Shown: positions 38,263 to 48,129, counted from the first letter of the stretch. The stretch: 64,000 bases of DNA from Gemmatimonadales bacterium (GCA_037189525.1 JBBCJC010000005.1:320001-384000); one strand, 5' to 3'. Program-made: numbers and translations. The notes: a model not told the origin generated them from the sequence alone.

Positions 38263-39822
38263 TTACACATATTTGACCTCGAGCGCCATCCCGGCCACGT
38301 GGTGATACTGATTGTGGCAGTGAAGCATCCACCGAGGCCCCGGGTTGTCCGCCACGAACTCGAGTACGTGACGATCGACGTTGTGCAAAGTCAGGGTGTC
38401 CTTCCGGAGCGGCGCCCTCAGATCCTCGGTGGCGCCATAGGGGCGGACCAGATCGAAGAAATGGCCGTGGAAGTGCACCGGGTGCCCGACGACCGTCCCA
38501 TTCCGAATCGACAGCCGAACCCGTTCGCCGCGCTTGACCTCGAGCGGTTCACCCGCCGGATAGATCCGCCCGCTGATGGCCCAGAGAAATCCGTTGTGCC
38601 CCATTTCGAAGAGCAGATCGTACTCGCGATCGACGGGCTGGGGTGTCCGCGGCTCGATGCCCACCAGGCCATCGTAGGGCCGCCATTCGTACGACTCGAG
38701 CGGCGGCGGACGATCGACGGCCTCGGTACCGCGCACCCCGTGATAGCGGACATCGATCCCAAAGCCCCGATCACGATACAGGGGCTCCATCGAACCAAGC
38801 CGCCAGACGCCAGGTTGATCGGCTTCGACGATGACATCGAACCGTTCTCCCATGCCCACCGAAAGGACCTCGACGGTCTTGGGCGACACCGGCTGTCCAT
38901 CGGTGTGAGTGATGGTCATCCGGTGCCCTGAGAGATAGATCGGGAAGACCGCCGCCGTCCCGACGTTGATGAAACGGAGCCGAATCCGTTCACCCTCGCG
39001 AAAGACCAGCGGCGGATTCGCGCGGGCGACCCGTCCGTTGACCGTGAACGCGTCGAAGACCGGCTCCATGATCGGCAGCCCGTGGCCGCCGCCGTGATGG
39101 CCGACTCGCGCCGCAGCCAGCGAATCGGCCTGCCTCCGCATCCGGGCAAGCGACGGTCCCTTCGCGGCCACGCCGGGGAATCCGTTGAGACGGTACCGCA
39201 CCGAATCGGTCGTAAAATCCCGACTGCCGAGCACTTTGCCGCCCAGCACGAAATTGTGATACGCCTCGGCAAAGACGGGATCGTCCGGTTGATGGAGCCA
39301 GTCGTCGAGCAGGATCGTGTACTCCCGATCGTAGGCCAGCTCCTCCCGACGGGGACGCACGATGATGCCCCCGAAGAGTCCCCGCTCGTACTGAAAGGCG
39401 TAGTGCGAGTGGTACCAGTAAGTGCCGGCATGGTCGACCGGAAATTCGTACACGAAGCGCTCGCCCGGCGCGATCGGTTCCTGGGTAAGCTCCGGCACAC
39501 CGTCCATGGCAAACGGCACCGGCAAGCCATGCCAATGCGCCGTGATCGGCTCGCTGAGCGCGTTATCGACCACGATTCGGGCCGTCTGCCCGACCTCGAA
39601 CTCGAGCATCGGGCCCGGCACCGTTCCATTGAACGTATACGCCGGAACGATTCGTCCGTCGCCAACATCCCACGGGGCCTGCTGGGCCTTGAGGTGATAC
39701 TCCCGGATCTGGCGACCAGCGACCGGGTCCGTCAATTCGCGCACCAGCCACGGCAGAGCCGCGGCACTGGCCGCAGCTCCGCTCAGTCGGCGAATGAACG
39801 CTCTACGAGTTTCATCACGCAT
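38263..39822 (-). CDS. Multicopper oxidase, Tat-exported
   Basis: TRRAFI Tat signal; HWHG, YWYHSH, HPVHFHG, HCHNQYHHVAGM copper motifs. Confidence 0.93.
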   Translation of the reverse strand: MRDETRRAFIRRLSGAAASAAALPWLVRELTDPVAGRQIREYHLKAQQAPWDVGDGRIVPAYTFNGTVPGPMLEFEVGQTARIVVDNALSEPITAHWHGLPVPFAMDGVPELTQEPIAPGERFVYEFPVDHAGTYWYHSHYAFQYERGLFGGIIVRPRREELAYDREYTILLDDWLHQPDDPVFAEAYHNFVLGGKVLGSRDFTTDSVRYRLNGFPGVAAKGPSLARMRRQADSLAAARVGHHGGGHGLPIMEPVFDAFTVNGRVARANPPLVFREGERIRLRFINVGTAAVFPIYLSGHRMTITHTDGQPVSPKTVEVLSVGMGERFDVIVEADQPGVWRLGSMEPLYRDRGFGIDVRYHGVRGTEAVDRPPPLESYEWRPYDGLVGIEPRTPQPVDREYDLLFEMGHNGFLWAISGRIYPAGEPLEVKRGERVRLSIRNGTVVGHPVHFHGHFFDLVRPYGATEDLRAPLRKDTLTLHNVDRHVLEFVADNPGPRWMLHCHNQYHHVAGMALEVKYV

Positions 39823-39831
39823 GGTTGAAAC

Positions 39832-41352
39832 CTATGCTCGCGTTGGATCGCACGCGACAAAATTCGGGTTGTTCTCCTCGGCCTTGGGAATCGGCAGCGC
39901 GACATGATTCCCGTAGGTGCCGTTGGTCGGATTCTGCCGCACGATGGCGCCACCACTGACCCGTTCGACGAAGTAGGGCCGGTTACCGCCACCGGGATAG
40001 GTAGCGGCCTCGGTCCGGCCGTACGGCGCGCGGAGCAAGCGCCGCAGATCCGCGAGGCGATGACCCGTTCCCCACAGCCAAAAGGCCCGTTCCCGGAAGA
40101 GCAAGTCGACATCCTCGGTCGTGATCTGCCCGGGTGTCGGAGCCGCCAGCGGAGGCAGCGGGGTGGTGACCGGCGCGGGGTTCGTCGCGGACGCGCCCGT
40201 CGCGAACGGATCGGCGGGATAGAGCGTCAGGTCGGCGCGCAGCGCGTTGAGAATATCGAGGTAACCCGCCTCGTCGCCGGCACGCTGCCTGGCTTCCGCG
40301 ATGATCAGCTGCGCCTCCAGATAGTCCGCCAGGACGATCGGCGTTACCAGCGTCGGGTACTTGCCACCGAAGAAAAACGGCAGCGCCCCGTCGAACGACA
40401 GGGCCGAGGCGCCCGTGCCCCGCCGCGACGTCACCCGAGGATCACCGGCGCCGCGGAAGTCGAGACCGACACCGCCCGGAATCGGGCCGGTCGTCTCAGC
40501 GGGTGCGGCGGCTTCCCGATCGGCAATCGAGTAGCGTCGGGTATTCCAGTTCATCGGGAAGAACCCGTTGGTCTGCCGGGTCGTCGTGGTCGAGTGCGTC
40601 GAGGTAAACCGGAAGCCTCGCGGCACGCCGGCAACCGTCGTCGCTGCCGCCGCGGCATCACCCAGGCCGAGTTGCGCTCGCGCTTTGCCCACGGTGGCGA
40701 AATGAACCAGGTTGGCCGCATTGGCTCCGATCGGCGTCAGCGCAGCCACCGCCGAGTCAAACTTCGCGATGGCGCGGCCGACGATCGCTTCTCGCGTCAC
40801 CAGCGAGCTGTAGATCTCCGTGCCTGTGGCGGCATCGAACTCACTGATCGGTTGGGGAGCGCAGAAGTTCTCCGCCAGCCAGAGATAGGTATAGCCGGCA
40901 TAGGCCAGCAGTTCGCCGTGACGAACATCGGTCGCCGGCGTCGGCGACAGCCGGCGGACGGCGGCGGCCGCCTGCTCCGTAGCGCGCCGCGCCCGATGGA
41001 TATTGCGGTAGACGCCGAGGACGGTGCCGTTGTCGGGCGTCACGGCGCGCGCATCGATCTCCTGACGCGACGCAGCGGGGTCGCCGATCGGGACCTCGTC
41101 GGAAAAGAGCGCGGTAATCTGCAGCACCCCTTCACTGTTCCCGCTCCCGACGGCCGAGTTGGCCACCATCCATTCACCGATGGCGCCGGCCCAGAGTGGA
41201 CCGATCCCGTTGGGCGACTCGAGCCGGTCGGGCGTGAAGACGTTGGGCGTATCGACATCGACGATGTCGGACGGCGAGCACGCGCTCAGCGCCGCGAGCA
41301 CGATGCCCCAGACGGCCGATGAGCGGAGTGGATATCGGATTGAGATTCGCAT
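39832..41352 (-). CDS. SusD/RagB-like lipoprotein
   Basis: Lipobox LSAC; FSDE, GYTYLWLAENFC, ILNALR, RERAFWLWGTGHRLADLRR, PIPKAEENNPN. Start ATG 41352. Confidence 0.88.
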   Translation of the reverse strand: MRISIRYPLRSSAVWGIVLAALSACSPSDIVDVDTPNVFTPDRLESPNGIGPLWAGAIGEWMVANSAVGSGNSEGVLQITALFSDEVPIGDPAASRQEIDARAVTPDNGTVLGVYRNIHRARRATEQAAAAVRRLSPTPATDVRHGELLAYAGYTYLWLAENFCAPQPISEFDAATGTEIYSSLVTREAIVGRAIAKFDSAVAALTPIGANAANLVHFATVGKARAQLGLGDAAAAATTVAGVPRGFRFTSTHSTTTTRQTNGFFPMNWNTRRYSIADREAAAPAETTGPIPGGVGLDFRGAGDPRVTSRRGTGASALSFDGALPFFFGGKYPTLVTPIVLADYLEAQLIIAEARQRAGDEAGYLDILNALRADLTLYPADPFATGASATNPAPVTTPLPPLAAPTPGQITTEDVDLLFRERAFWLWGTGHRLADLRRLLRAPYGRTEAATYPGGGNRPYFVERVSGGAIVRQNPTNGTYGNHVALPIPKAEENNPNFVACDPTRA

Positions 41353-41357
41353 AGTGA

Positions 41358-44300
41358 TCAGAGCCCCAGGCTGGCGCGAACGATGAAGCTGCGCGTCGGC
41401 GGCTGCGTAAAATTGTCGCGGGTCAGTGTCTCGATGATGCCGCCAAAACCGTTGACCTCCGGGTCGGAGCCGGAGTACCCCGTCAGGATCCCGAGATTGC
41501 GGACCGCGAACAGCAGCGTCGCGCTCTGCGCACCGACCAGACGGGCTACCCGGGTCGGCGCCAGGTAACTCACCGACAACTCGCGGAATCGGACGAAGTC
41601 GCCCTTCTCGATGAAGCCGTACGGCGTACTGCCGAGCGCCGCCGTTACCCGAGCCACGGCCGCGGCCTGGACATCGAGCGGCGCGGACGGATCGTTGACA
41701 CCCCGGCAGTTGAGCGCGGTGGCGCACCGGGAGGCCTCGGTGCCGTTCTGCACCTTGTGGCCGCCCCGATAGTCGACCTGCCCCGCAATCCGCACCCGGT
41801 GTTTGAACGTGATCGAGGTATTGAAGGCCAGTTCCCGGGTCGGGAACGCCGAGCCGGCGTACACGGCGGTATCACCGACGGTGATTTCGGACGCGGCCAG
41901 CAAGCCGTCGCCGTTGACATCGCCGTAGCTCACGATCGGACGGGCCCAGAATCCGTACAGCGGATATCCGATCGCGATGCGCTGCTCGGTCGAATTGCCA
42001 TGATAGAAGGGCGGGATCGGGTTCCCCTGCGGATCGGTGCCTAGATCGCGCACCCTATTGCGCAGCAGGTTGCCCGTGAAGGTCGCGTCCCACGCCACGC
42101 CGTCGCTCCGGAACGGACGGAGCACCAGCGCAACCTCGAGGCCTTCGTTGCGGGTACTGCCGAGGTTGTACAACTGCGTCGCGGCGACACCGAGCGAGGG
42201 GGCCAGGGTCCGGAAGATCAGCGCGTCGCGGGTCGTCTTCTGGAAGAAGGTCGCCTCGAGCCCGATCGCTCCGCTGGTGGTCGCGAAGTCCAGACCGGCT
42301 TCGATTTCGCTCGACGTTTCCGGGCGCAGATTGCCGTTGCCGGCATTGTTGAGGATTACACCGGGATAGTCGGTGCCTCCGACCGTGGCCGTGACCAGCG
42401 AGAGCGTCTGCAGCGCAGCCGTGATGTTCGAGCCGGTCGGCAGCACACTCGCTTCGCCCCACGCCGCCCGAAGCCGCAAGGTGCCCAGCCAGTCGGGGCG
42501 CGGGAACCAGCTTTCTTCCGACACGAGATAGGACGCATTGAACCGCGGCTGGATCGACGGGGTGAAGTTGGTCCCGACCGACGAAGCCCGGTCGATCCGG
42601 CCGGCCGCCGTTAGAAACAACCGATCGCGAATCGCGACCTGCTGCTCGACCAGCGCACCGACCGTGACCGACGCGATCCGCGACTCGGACGCGGACAGCG
42701 TCCCCGAGCCGGTGATGATCTCGGAGCCGGGAATGAAGTTGGAGCCTTGCGAGGTCTGGCTCTGGAACGAATTGCGGAAGTACTGGAGGCCGGCCGTGGT
42801 GCGAGCCGTGATGCGCTGCCCCAACGGATACGACGCGGTCGCATCGACCGTTCCGGTATACTGCCGGATCGTGGCCAGATCCTTGGCGCGGTTGCCGGTG
42901 GCCTGCCCTGTGGGGCACTCGCCGATCTGGCAGAACTCCTGGTCGGCCCGCTGGGTCAGGTCATAACCGAAGACGCCGCGAACCGACAGTCCGCCAAACG
43001 GACTCCAGGTTCCGGACAGACTCGAGGTGAAGCGTTCGATCCCCTGGGTCAGTCGATCCGAAAAGATTTCGCCGGGTCGATAGGTGCGCCACCCCCCGTT
43101 GGCCTGCGCATCGCCGAAACTGCCCGGACCAAGCAGCGCGTTGTACAGGAGGCCGGTGCCGTTCCCGTCGTTGAGCGGCCGGCGCCAGTTGCTCGACAAA
43201 TACCCGACGCTCGCATTGAGCTCGCCGTTGGCTGCCACCTTGGCCGCCACATTCGATCGGAAACTGTAGCGCCCGTAGAACCCGGGGCGGCGAATCAGAT
43301 CCGGCACACCGTCCTGGTACCCTCGCTCGGCGATGATCCGATCCGCCTCGACCTGAGGCAGCCGGTAAGGACCTTCATCGCTCTCGTACTCCCCGGACAC
43401 GTAGTACCGGACCGCGTCGGTCCCGCCGGATACGTTGGCTCCGTACTGCTGGCGTCGTCCTGACGCGATCGGACTCCGCTCGACGTCGAAGAGCACGCTG
43501 AAGGTGGTCACGCTGTCGATGCTGCAGGTGCCGAGCGCCGCTGCGTAGGTGTAGCAGTTGTGAACCGCGGTACCCGAAGCGTTCCGTCCGTAGCTAGCGT
43601 AGTTGGGCTGGTACCGCTTGGGGTCGGTAATGACGCCCTGCTCGACCGAAAATGTCCAGCGCGGCCCCGACGCCTTGCCGCGTCGGGTGGTCACCAACAG
43701 CACCCCGTTGGCGGCTTCGGGTCCGTAGAGCGTGGAGGCCGACGGCCCCTTGATGACCTGGACGTTCTCGATGTCGTCCGGATTGATATCGTTGAGCCGG
43801 GACGGCGTCTGTGTAAAGGTGGCCCGGGTCGCGGAAATAGTGCTGCTCTCGACTCGCACCCCGTCGACGAACAGGAGTGGCGCGTTGGTGAGCGACACGG
43901 ATGAGATCCCGCGAATGCGGACGATCGCTCCCGATCCCGGCGCACCGGAGGTCGGCGCGATGGCCAAACCGGGCACCCGACCTTGCAGCAGGTCGGACAA
44001 GGTTCGGATCGGCGCTTCGCCCACCAGCGAATCGGCCCCGATCCGTCCGATCGTGTGGCCTAACGCCAGGCGCCGCTGCTCTCCGGTCGCCGTCACGACG
44101 AGTTCACCAAGGTTGTAGGGCAGCGCCACGAGCGCGATGTCGAGCACCGTGGAGCCGCCATCCGTGACGGTAACCGACTGACGACGACTCTGATATCCGA
44201 TGGCCGTGACCTGGACTTCCCGAAGTCCCGGCTCGACCTCGCTCAACCGATACGCTCCGTTCTCGTCGGTAACGGCCTGTTCTCTGGACCCGACGAGGCT

Positions 44301-44501
44301 GACCCGGCCTCCCGCCACCGGCCGTTCCGTTGCCGCATCCCGGACCGTTCCCGAAATCACCGCCGCGGCTCGACGCTGCTGCTGCGCGACTACACCCGCG
44401 GGGCCGCCCTGCGCTGACCCGATGTCCACCCCGCCTATGCCAACCAGGAGCATCAGTGCTCCAAGCGTTCGCGGGATTCGTTTCCCTGCTGAACCGACCA
44501 C
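41358..44501 (-). CDS. SusC/RagA TonB-dependent outer-membrane receptor
   Basis: Carboxypeptidase-regulatory N-domain, LVVTATG TonB box, IRGISS, NPDDIENVQVIKGPSASTLYGPEAANGV, LRPE, DPEV. GTG 44501 with GGAGGA RBS preferred. Confidence 0.93.
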   Translation of the reverse strand: MVGSAGKRIPRTLGALMLLVGIGGVDIGSAQGGPAGVVAQQQRRAAAVISGTVRDAATERPVAGGRVSLVGSREQAVTDENGAYRLSEVEPGLREVQVTAIGYQSRRQSVTVTDGGSTVLDIALVALPYNLGELVVTATGEQRRLALGHTIGRIGADSLVGEAPIRTLSDLLQGRVPGLAIAPTSGAPGSGAIVRIRGISSVSLTNAPLLFVDGVRVESSTISATRATFTQTPSRLNDINPDDIENVQVIKGPSASTLYGPEAANGVLLVTTRRGKASGPRWTFSVEQGVITDPKRYQPNYASYGRNASGTAVHNCYTYAAALGTCSIDSVTTFSVLFDVERSPIASGRRQQYGANVSGGTDAVRYYVSGEYESDEGPYRLPQVEADRIIAERGYQDGVPDLIRRPGFYGRYSFRSNVAAKVAANGELNASVGYLSSNWRRPLNDGNGTGLLYNALLGPGSFGDAQANGGWRTYRPGEIFSDRLTQGIERFTSSLSGTWSPFGGLSVRGVFGYDLTQRADQEFCQIGECPTGQATGNRAKDLATIRQYTGTVDATASYPLGQRITARTTAGLQYFRNSFQSQTSQGSNFIPGSEIITGSGTLSASESRIASVTVGALVEQQVAIRDRLFLTAAGRIDRASSVGTNFTPSIQPRFNASYLVSEESWFPRPDWLGTLRLRAAWGEASVLPTGSNITAALQTLSLVTATVGGTDYPGVILNNAGNGNLRPETSSEIEAGLDFATTSGAIGLEATFFQKTTRDALIFRTLAPSLGVAATQLYNLGSTRNEGLEVALVLRPFRSDGVAWDATFTGNLLRNRVRDLGTDPQGNPIPPFYHGNSTEQRIAIGYPLYGFWARPIVSYGDVNGDGLLAASEITVGDTAVYAGSAFPTRELAFNTSITFKHRVRIAGQVDYRGGHKVQNGTEASRCATALNCRGVNDPSAPLDVQAAAVARVTAALGSTPYGFIEKGDFVRFRELSVSYLAPTRVARLVGAQSATLLFAVRNLGILTGYSGSDPEVNGFGGIIETLTRDNFTQPPTRSFIVRASLGL

Positions 44502-44583
44502 AACGTCCTCCAAACCATGAACGTCACGACGCGTCCCCGATCGAGGGGCCTGAGATGGTCCTCGTCGGATCAACGTCCAATTG

Positions 44584-44721
44584 AGGGAGTTTCCCGTCTG
44601 ACGTCGGCGTCAGCGGTTTCCCTTTATGGTTGATGCGAGATCTGTTCGCTCCACACCGGCTTCGATTCCGTGAGCGGAATCGACGGACGCCACGCGATAC
44701 GCCCCGCTGTGCCGGGGCGTA
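44584..44721 (-). promoter_or_regulatory. Structured leader with three hairpins between the small ORF and susC
   Basis: Stems on + strand: CTGACG-TCGG-CGTCAG (44598-44613, extendable to 44584-44623); TCGATTCCG-TGAG-CGGAATCGA (44662-44683); TACGCCCCG-CTGTGC-CGGGGCGTA (44698-44721). Confidence 0.6.
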
Positions 44722-44753
44722 CTACGGTGCGCCACTTGCGTCGATGCAGCGGT

Positions 44754-45128
44754 CTACACGACGGGTGGAGCGTGCGACGGAGGCAGGAGGTAACGAGGAC
44801 GGGTCAGTGCGTCGTCCGGCGCCGCGGCGCCGGCGCCGATCACCAGCGTGATCGGCAGATTGCCCAACATGACCTGGCCCGGCGGTACCGTCCCTACGAC
44901 CGCCGCGCCGGTACATGATCCGACACAATGACAGGCAGAGTGACCTTTGTGCTGATGGTCATCCTCTGTTGCGCAATGATGCTCGTTCTGATCGGCCTCG
45001 TGGCTGGTGACGAGCCAAGGCGCATCGACCGGGCAGGGATGGACGATCGGCGCGATGATCCCTGCCAGCAGTGGGGACACCACTAGCAGGTAGGCCAACC
45101 ATCGCATGCGCCGAAGCCGAGCCATCAT
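44754..45128 (-). CDS. Small exported His/Cys-rich protein, DUF2946/CutF/CruR-like leader peptide ending in HAPP
   Basis: Basic N-terminus plus hydrophobic segment, HPC, EHHC..DDHQHKGHSACHCVGSC, C-terminal LLPPSHAPPVV-stop. Confidence 0.75.
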   Translation of the reverse strand: MMARLRRMRWLAYLLVVSPLLAGIIAPIVHPCPVDAPWLVTSHEADQNEHHCATEDDHQHKGHSACHCVGSCTGAAVVGTVPPGQVMLGNLPITLVIGAGAAAPDDALTRPRYLLPPSHAPPVV

Positions 45129-45185
45129 GAAGCCAAAATAGTCACACCGCGTGCGGCTGGCCAAGCAGCCGGGCAACACCCCCGG

Positions 45186-47387
45186 CTACTTCACCTCGAA
45201 GACCCCCATCATCCCCGCTTCCATGTGCTCGGCGATGTGGCAGTGCATCATCCATTTGCCCGGATTCGACATCTCCACCAGCAGGTCGACCGTGCCACCC
45301 ACCGGAATCAGCGCCGTATCCTTCCAGACCAGATTGGTGCTGGGCACGTCGTTGTGGGTCAGAATCAGGAAACGCTGCCCGTGCAGATGGATCGGGTGCG
45401 ACATCGGGTGCAGCGAGGTGCGGTCGTTCCCGATCCGGATCTTGACCAGGTCGCCGACCCGGAACTTCCAGTCGACCGCCATGTTCTCGTTACCGGTCTT
45501 GGCGTCCCGAAGGACCCACTCGACCTGCTTCGCCGTCGGGAGCCAGTCCATCATCGGCATGGTGCCGGCCCACTCCACCGGATGCGAATACATCACGTCC
45601 CGCCGAAGCATCTGGAGCAGGCCGAACGGCAGTTCACCCAACCGCAGAGTGAGCAGGATTTCGCGATCGGGCGCCTTGTCGATCCAGGCCCGATAGGGCG
45701 CCACCTCAGTCACCACATCCCGGTTGGTCCGCAGCGTTCGGTATTCCTGCTCGTAACTCGGAGCAGCCGGCGCCCCGGCGACCTGCACCACACCGAGCGT
45801 GTCGTGCTCGGGGAAGAAAGCCCCGATGTTGTGATCGATCCCCTGCACCTGGTTCATCATCGCGTACCGGCCGGCCGCGGGGAACCGGACATCGACGATG
45901 TAGCGTTGCGCCGGCGCCAGCGGCACGCTCTCAGTCCAGCTTTCCCGCTCGTACCGGCCGATGTCGGCGCCGACTAACTTCATGGTCGCGCCGGGAATGG
46001 TCCAGTTGAAGGTGCGGGTATTGGACGCATTGGTGAGATAGAAGCGAACGATCTCGCCGGGCCGCGCCTCGAAGCGGTAGTCGGTTTCGCCGTTGACGAG
46101 AAAGACGTTGCCGAACCGGCCCATCAGTGCGTGGGTCGCATGCTCCGCCCCGAACGGCACCAGACCCTGGTCGCCGAGCAGGAGGTCGTCGAGCAGGAGC
46201 GTCTCTTCCCGGTGGACCGGACCGAACGCATCGGGCCGCTTGGGATGCACCAGTATATTGCCGTAGAGCCCCAGATCCTGCTGGATGTCTTCCCGGAAAT
46301 GCGAGTGATACCAGTAGATCCCCGCGTCCTTGAAATGGACCCGGTAGAGATACTCGCCGCCCGCGGGCACCGGGTCCTGAGTGACACCGGGCACCCCGTC
46401 ACTTCGGTTTTCCAGCCGGATCCCGTGCCAGTGCACCGCGCTCGGCTGATCGAGCGCATTCCGGAAGCGCACGGTGACCGTGGCGTTCTCGGCGACCTGC
46501 AACAGCGGGCCGGGATACTGCCCGTTGTAGGCAAACATCACCAGCGTCCTGCCGTTGATGGTCCGGCGGACCAGCGATGCGGTCATCGTGAGCGTGTCGC
46601 CGTCGGCGAGTTTGAGCAGCTCCCGCGGCCGCGCTTCCGGCAGCAGGCGCGCATTCAATCCGGTGCCCGGGAGATACGGCGTTGCCGGAGGCACCAGTTC
46701 ATCGACACCCGGCATCGGCATCATCGGAATGCGGGGATTGTCCGGCGGCATGAACCACTGGGCCGGCGGAACCGTATCCCCACCAACCGCCTGGCCGTGA
46801 CCGTGCGCGCCGTGGCCATGATGCGCCATGCCGGCCGAATCGGCCGTTCCCGCCAGCATCATCATCGAATGCTGCTGCATCCGAATACTGGGTGACATCC
46901 CGCGCAGTACCAGCCGGCCGGCCCGTTCGGTCACATCGGCGGATGCTTCGGCCGTGATGAAGACCAGGAACTTGTCGTCGTTGATCTCACCGATCGGAGT
47001 GCGGCCGTTCTTGACGATGCCCACCTTGCGCATCGGGTCGAGCGAAGGCGGGGTGACCCACGCCACATACGCCGTGTACGGACCGAGCGACGACGGCGGC
47101 GGCAGGTTCTCGACGACGATCGTGGCGTCGTAGCGCTGATTGCCCGCCGCCGTGACCGCCACATCATAGGGAGAGTCCGGACGGCCCAGTTCGACCACAC
47201 CTTTGAGGTCGGGCACCTCGGGACGGGGAATCAGGTCGAGACAGTAGAGGTCGGTGCTGGGGCGAAGTCCGGCCGCCCCGTTCTCTTCACATAGCGGGCG
47301 AGTTCCCGGTACCGGTACGCCGCCCAGGGCCAGCACACAGACACCGAGCGCGACGGCTCGTAACCACCGCCTGGGCCTTCGCATCAT
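45186..47387 (-). CDS. Multicopper oxidase with extra N-terminal domain and His/Met-rich linker
   Basis: HWHG, YWYHSH, HPIHLHG, HCHIAEHMEAGM; MQQHSMMM..MAHHGHGAHGHG linker. ATG 47387 with GGAG RBS. Confidence 0.93.
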   Translation of the reverse strand: MMRRPRRWLRAVALGVCVLALGGVPVPGTRPLCEENGAAGLRPSTDLYCLDLIPRPEVPDLKGVVELGRPDSPYDVAVTAAGNQRYDATIVVENLPPPSSLGPYTAYVAWVTPPSLDPMRKVGIVKNGRTPIGEINDDKFLVFITAEASADVTERAGRLVLRGMSPSIRMQQHSMMMLAGTADSAGMAHHGHGAHGHGQAVGGDTVPPAQWFMPPDNPRIPMMPMPGVDELVPPATPYLPGTGLNARLLPEARPRELLKLADGDTLTMTASLVRRTINGRTLVMFAYNGQYPGPLLQVAENATVTVRFRNALDQPSAVHWHGIRLENRSDGVPGVTQDPVPAGGEYLYRVHFKDAGIYWYHSHFREDIQQDLGLYGNILVHPKRPDAFGPVHREETLLLDDLLLGDQGLVPFGAEHATHALMGRFGNVFLVNGETDYRFEARPGEIVRFYLTNASNTRTFNWTIPGATMKLVGADIGRYERESWTESVPLAPAQRYIVDVRFPAAGRYAMMNQVQGIDHNIGAFFPEHDTLGVVQVAGAPAAPSYEQEYRTLRTNRDVVTEVAPYRAWIDKAPDREILLTLRLGELPFGLLQMLRRDVMYSHPVEWAGTMPMMDWLPTAKQVEWVLRDAKTGNENMAVDWKFRVGDLVKIRIGNDRTSLHPMSHPIHLHGQRFLILTHNDVPSTNLVWKDTALIPVGGTVDLLVEMSNPGKWMMHCHIAEHMEAGMMGVFEVK

Positions 47388-47420
47388 TGCATACTCCGGT
47401 CGCACGTCGTCAAGCCGGCG

Positions 47421-47987
47421 TCAGTGCGCCCGATTGAGGTATTTGGCGGGAATCGGATTGGTCGCCGTCTCGCTGTCCCAGAAAATGCTGACGATGTAGT
47501 ACCGGGTTCCGTCGGTCATCATCTGGATACTGTTGATGCCCCGCGAAAACGGCTTCTCGTCCTGCAGGGTCCGCTTCGAGTCGTAGCTGCTGAAGGCGTG
47601 CACCACGTTGCCGAAACGCTCTTCGACGCGTCCGATTTCCCGCTCGAAGAACCCGCTTTCCTCCAGGCGCCTGCCGACGGAGGTCGCATACTCATCGGGC
47701 GACCAGTTGGCCGCGATCCGCCCCTTACCCTGCTGATCGCGCCCGGTCGGAACCATTCGGGCCCCCGGCGCAAACAGCGACCGGAACCGGTCCCAGTCAC
47801 GCGCCTGGCCTGCCGGTCCCGAGATCACGTCATACAAGGCCTTGATGATGGCATCGACCGACTCGACGTCTCCCGCCTTGGCCGGCGGAGGTGGCGGCGC
47901 GGCGGGCGCGGCCTGGCCCACCCCGGTGTCCGGTGCCATCGTAGCCAAGGCCACCACACTCATCAGCGAATAGACGAAGGTTCTCAT
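47421..47987 (-). CDS. Exported NTF2-like hypothetical protein
   Basis: Signal peptide; LYDVISGP..RDWDRFR.LF, GFFERE, GINSIQ pattern. Confidence 0.75.
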   Translation of the reverse strand: MRTFVYSLMSVVALATMAPDTGVGQAAPAAPPPPPAKAGDVESVDAIIKALYDVISGPAGQARDWDRFRSLFAPGARMVPTGRDQQGKGRIAANWSPDEYATSVGRRLEESGFFEREIGRVEERFGNVVHAFSSYDSKRTLQDEKPFSRGINSIQMMTDGTRYYIVSIFWDSETATNPIPAKYLNRAH

Positions 47988-48129
47988 CGGTTCCGACGCT
48001 CCTCACAGACCCAGGAAACCCGCCCCGCCGGCATCAGGCCGCGGGGGACGCCGGCGCAATCTGCCCGATTCCTCCACGGGACGCCAGAGCCGGTCCGCTG
48101 TTATTCTTCGGACCTCGGATCCATCCCCG

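Noticed and set aside
44502..44753. Known riboswitch (cobalamin, TPP, c-di-GMP) before the TonB receptor
   Set aside because: I could not find the conserved cores by eye; kept only as a structured leader. An Rfam scan would settle it.
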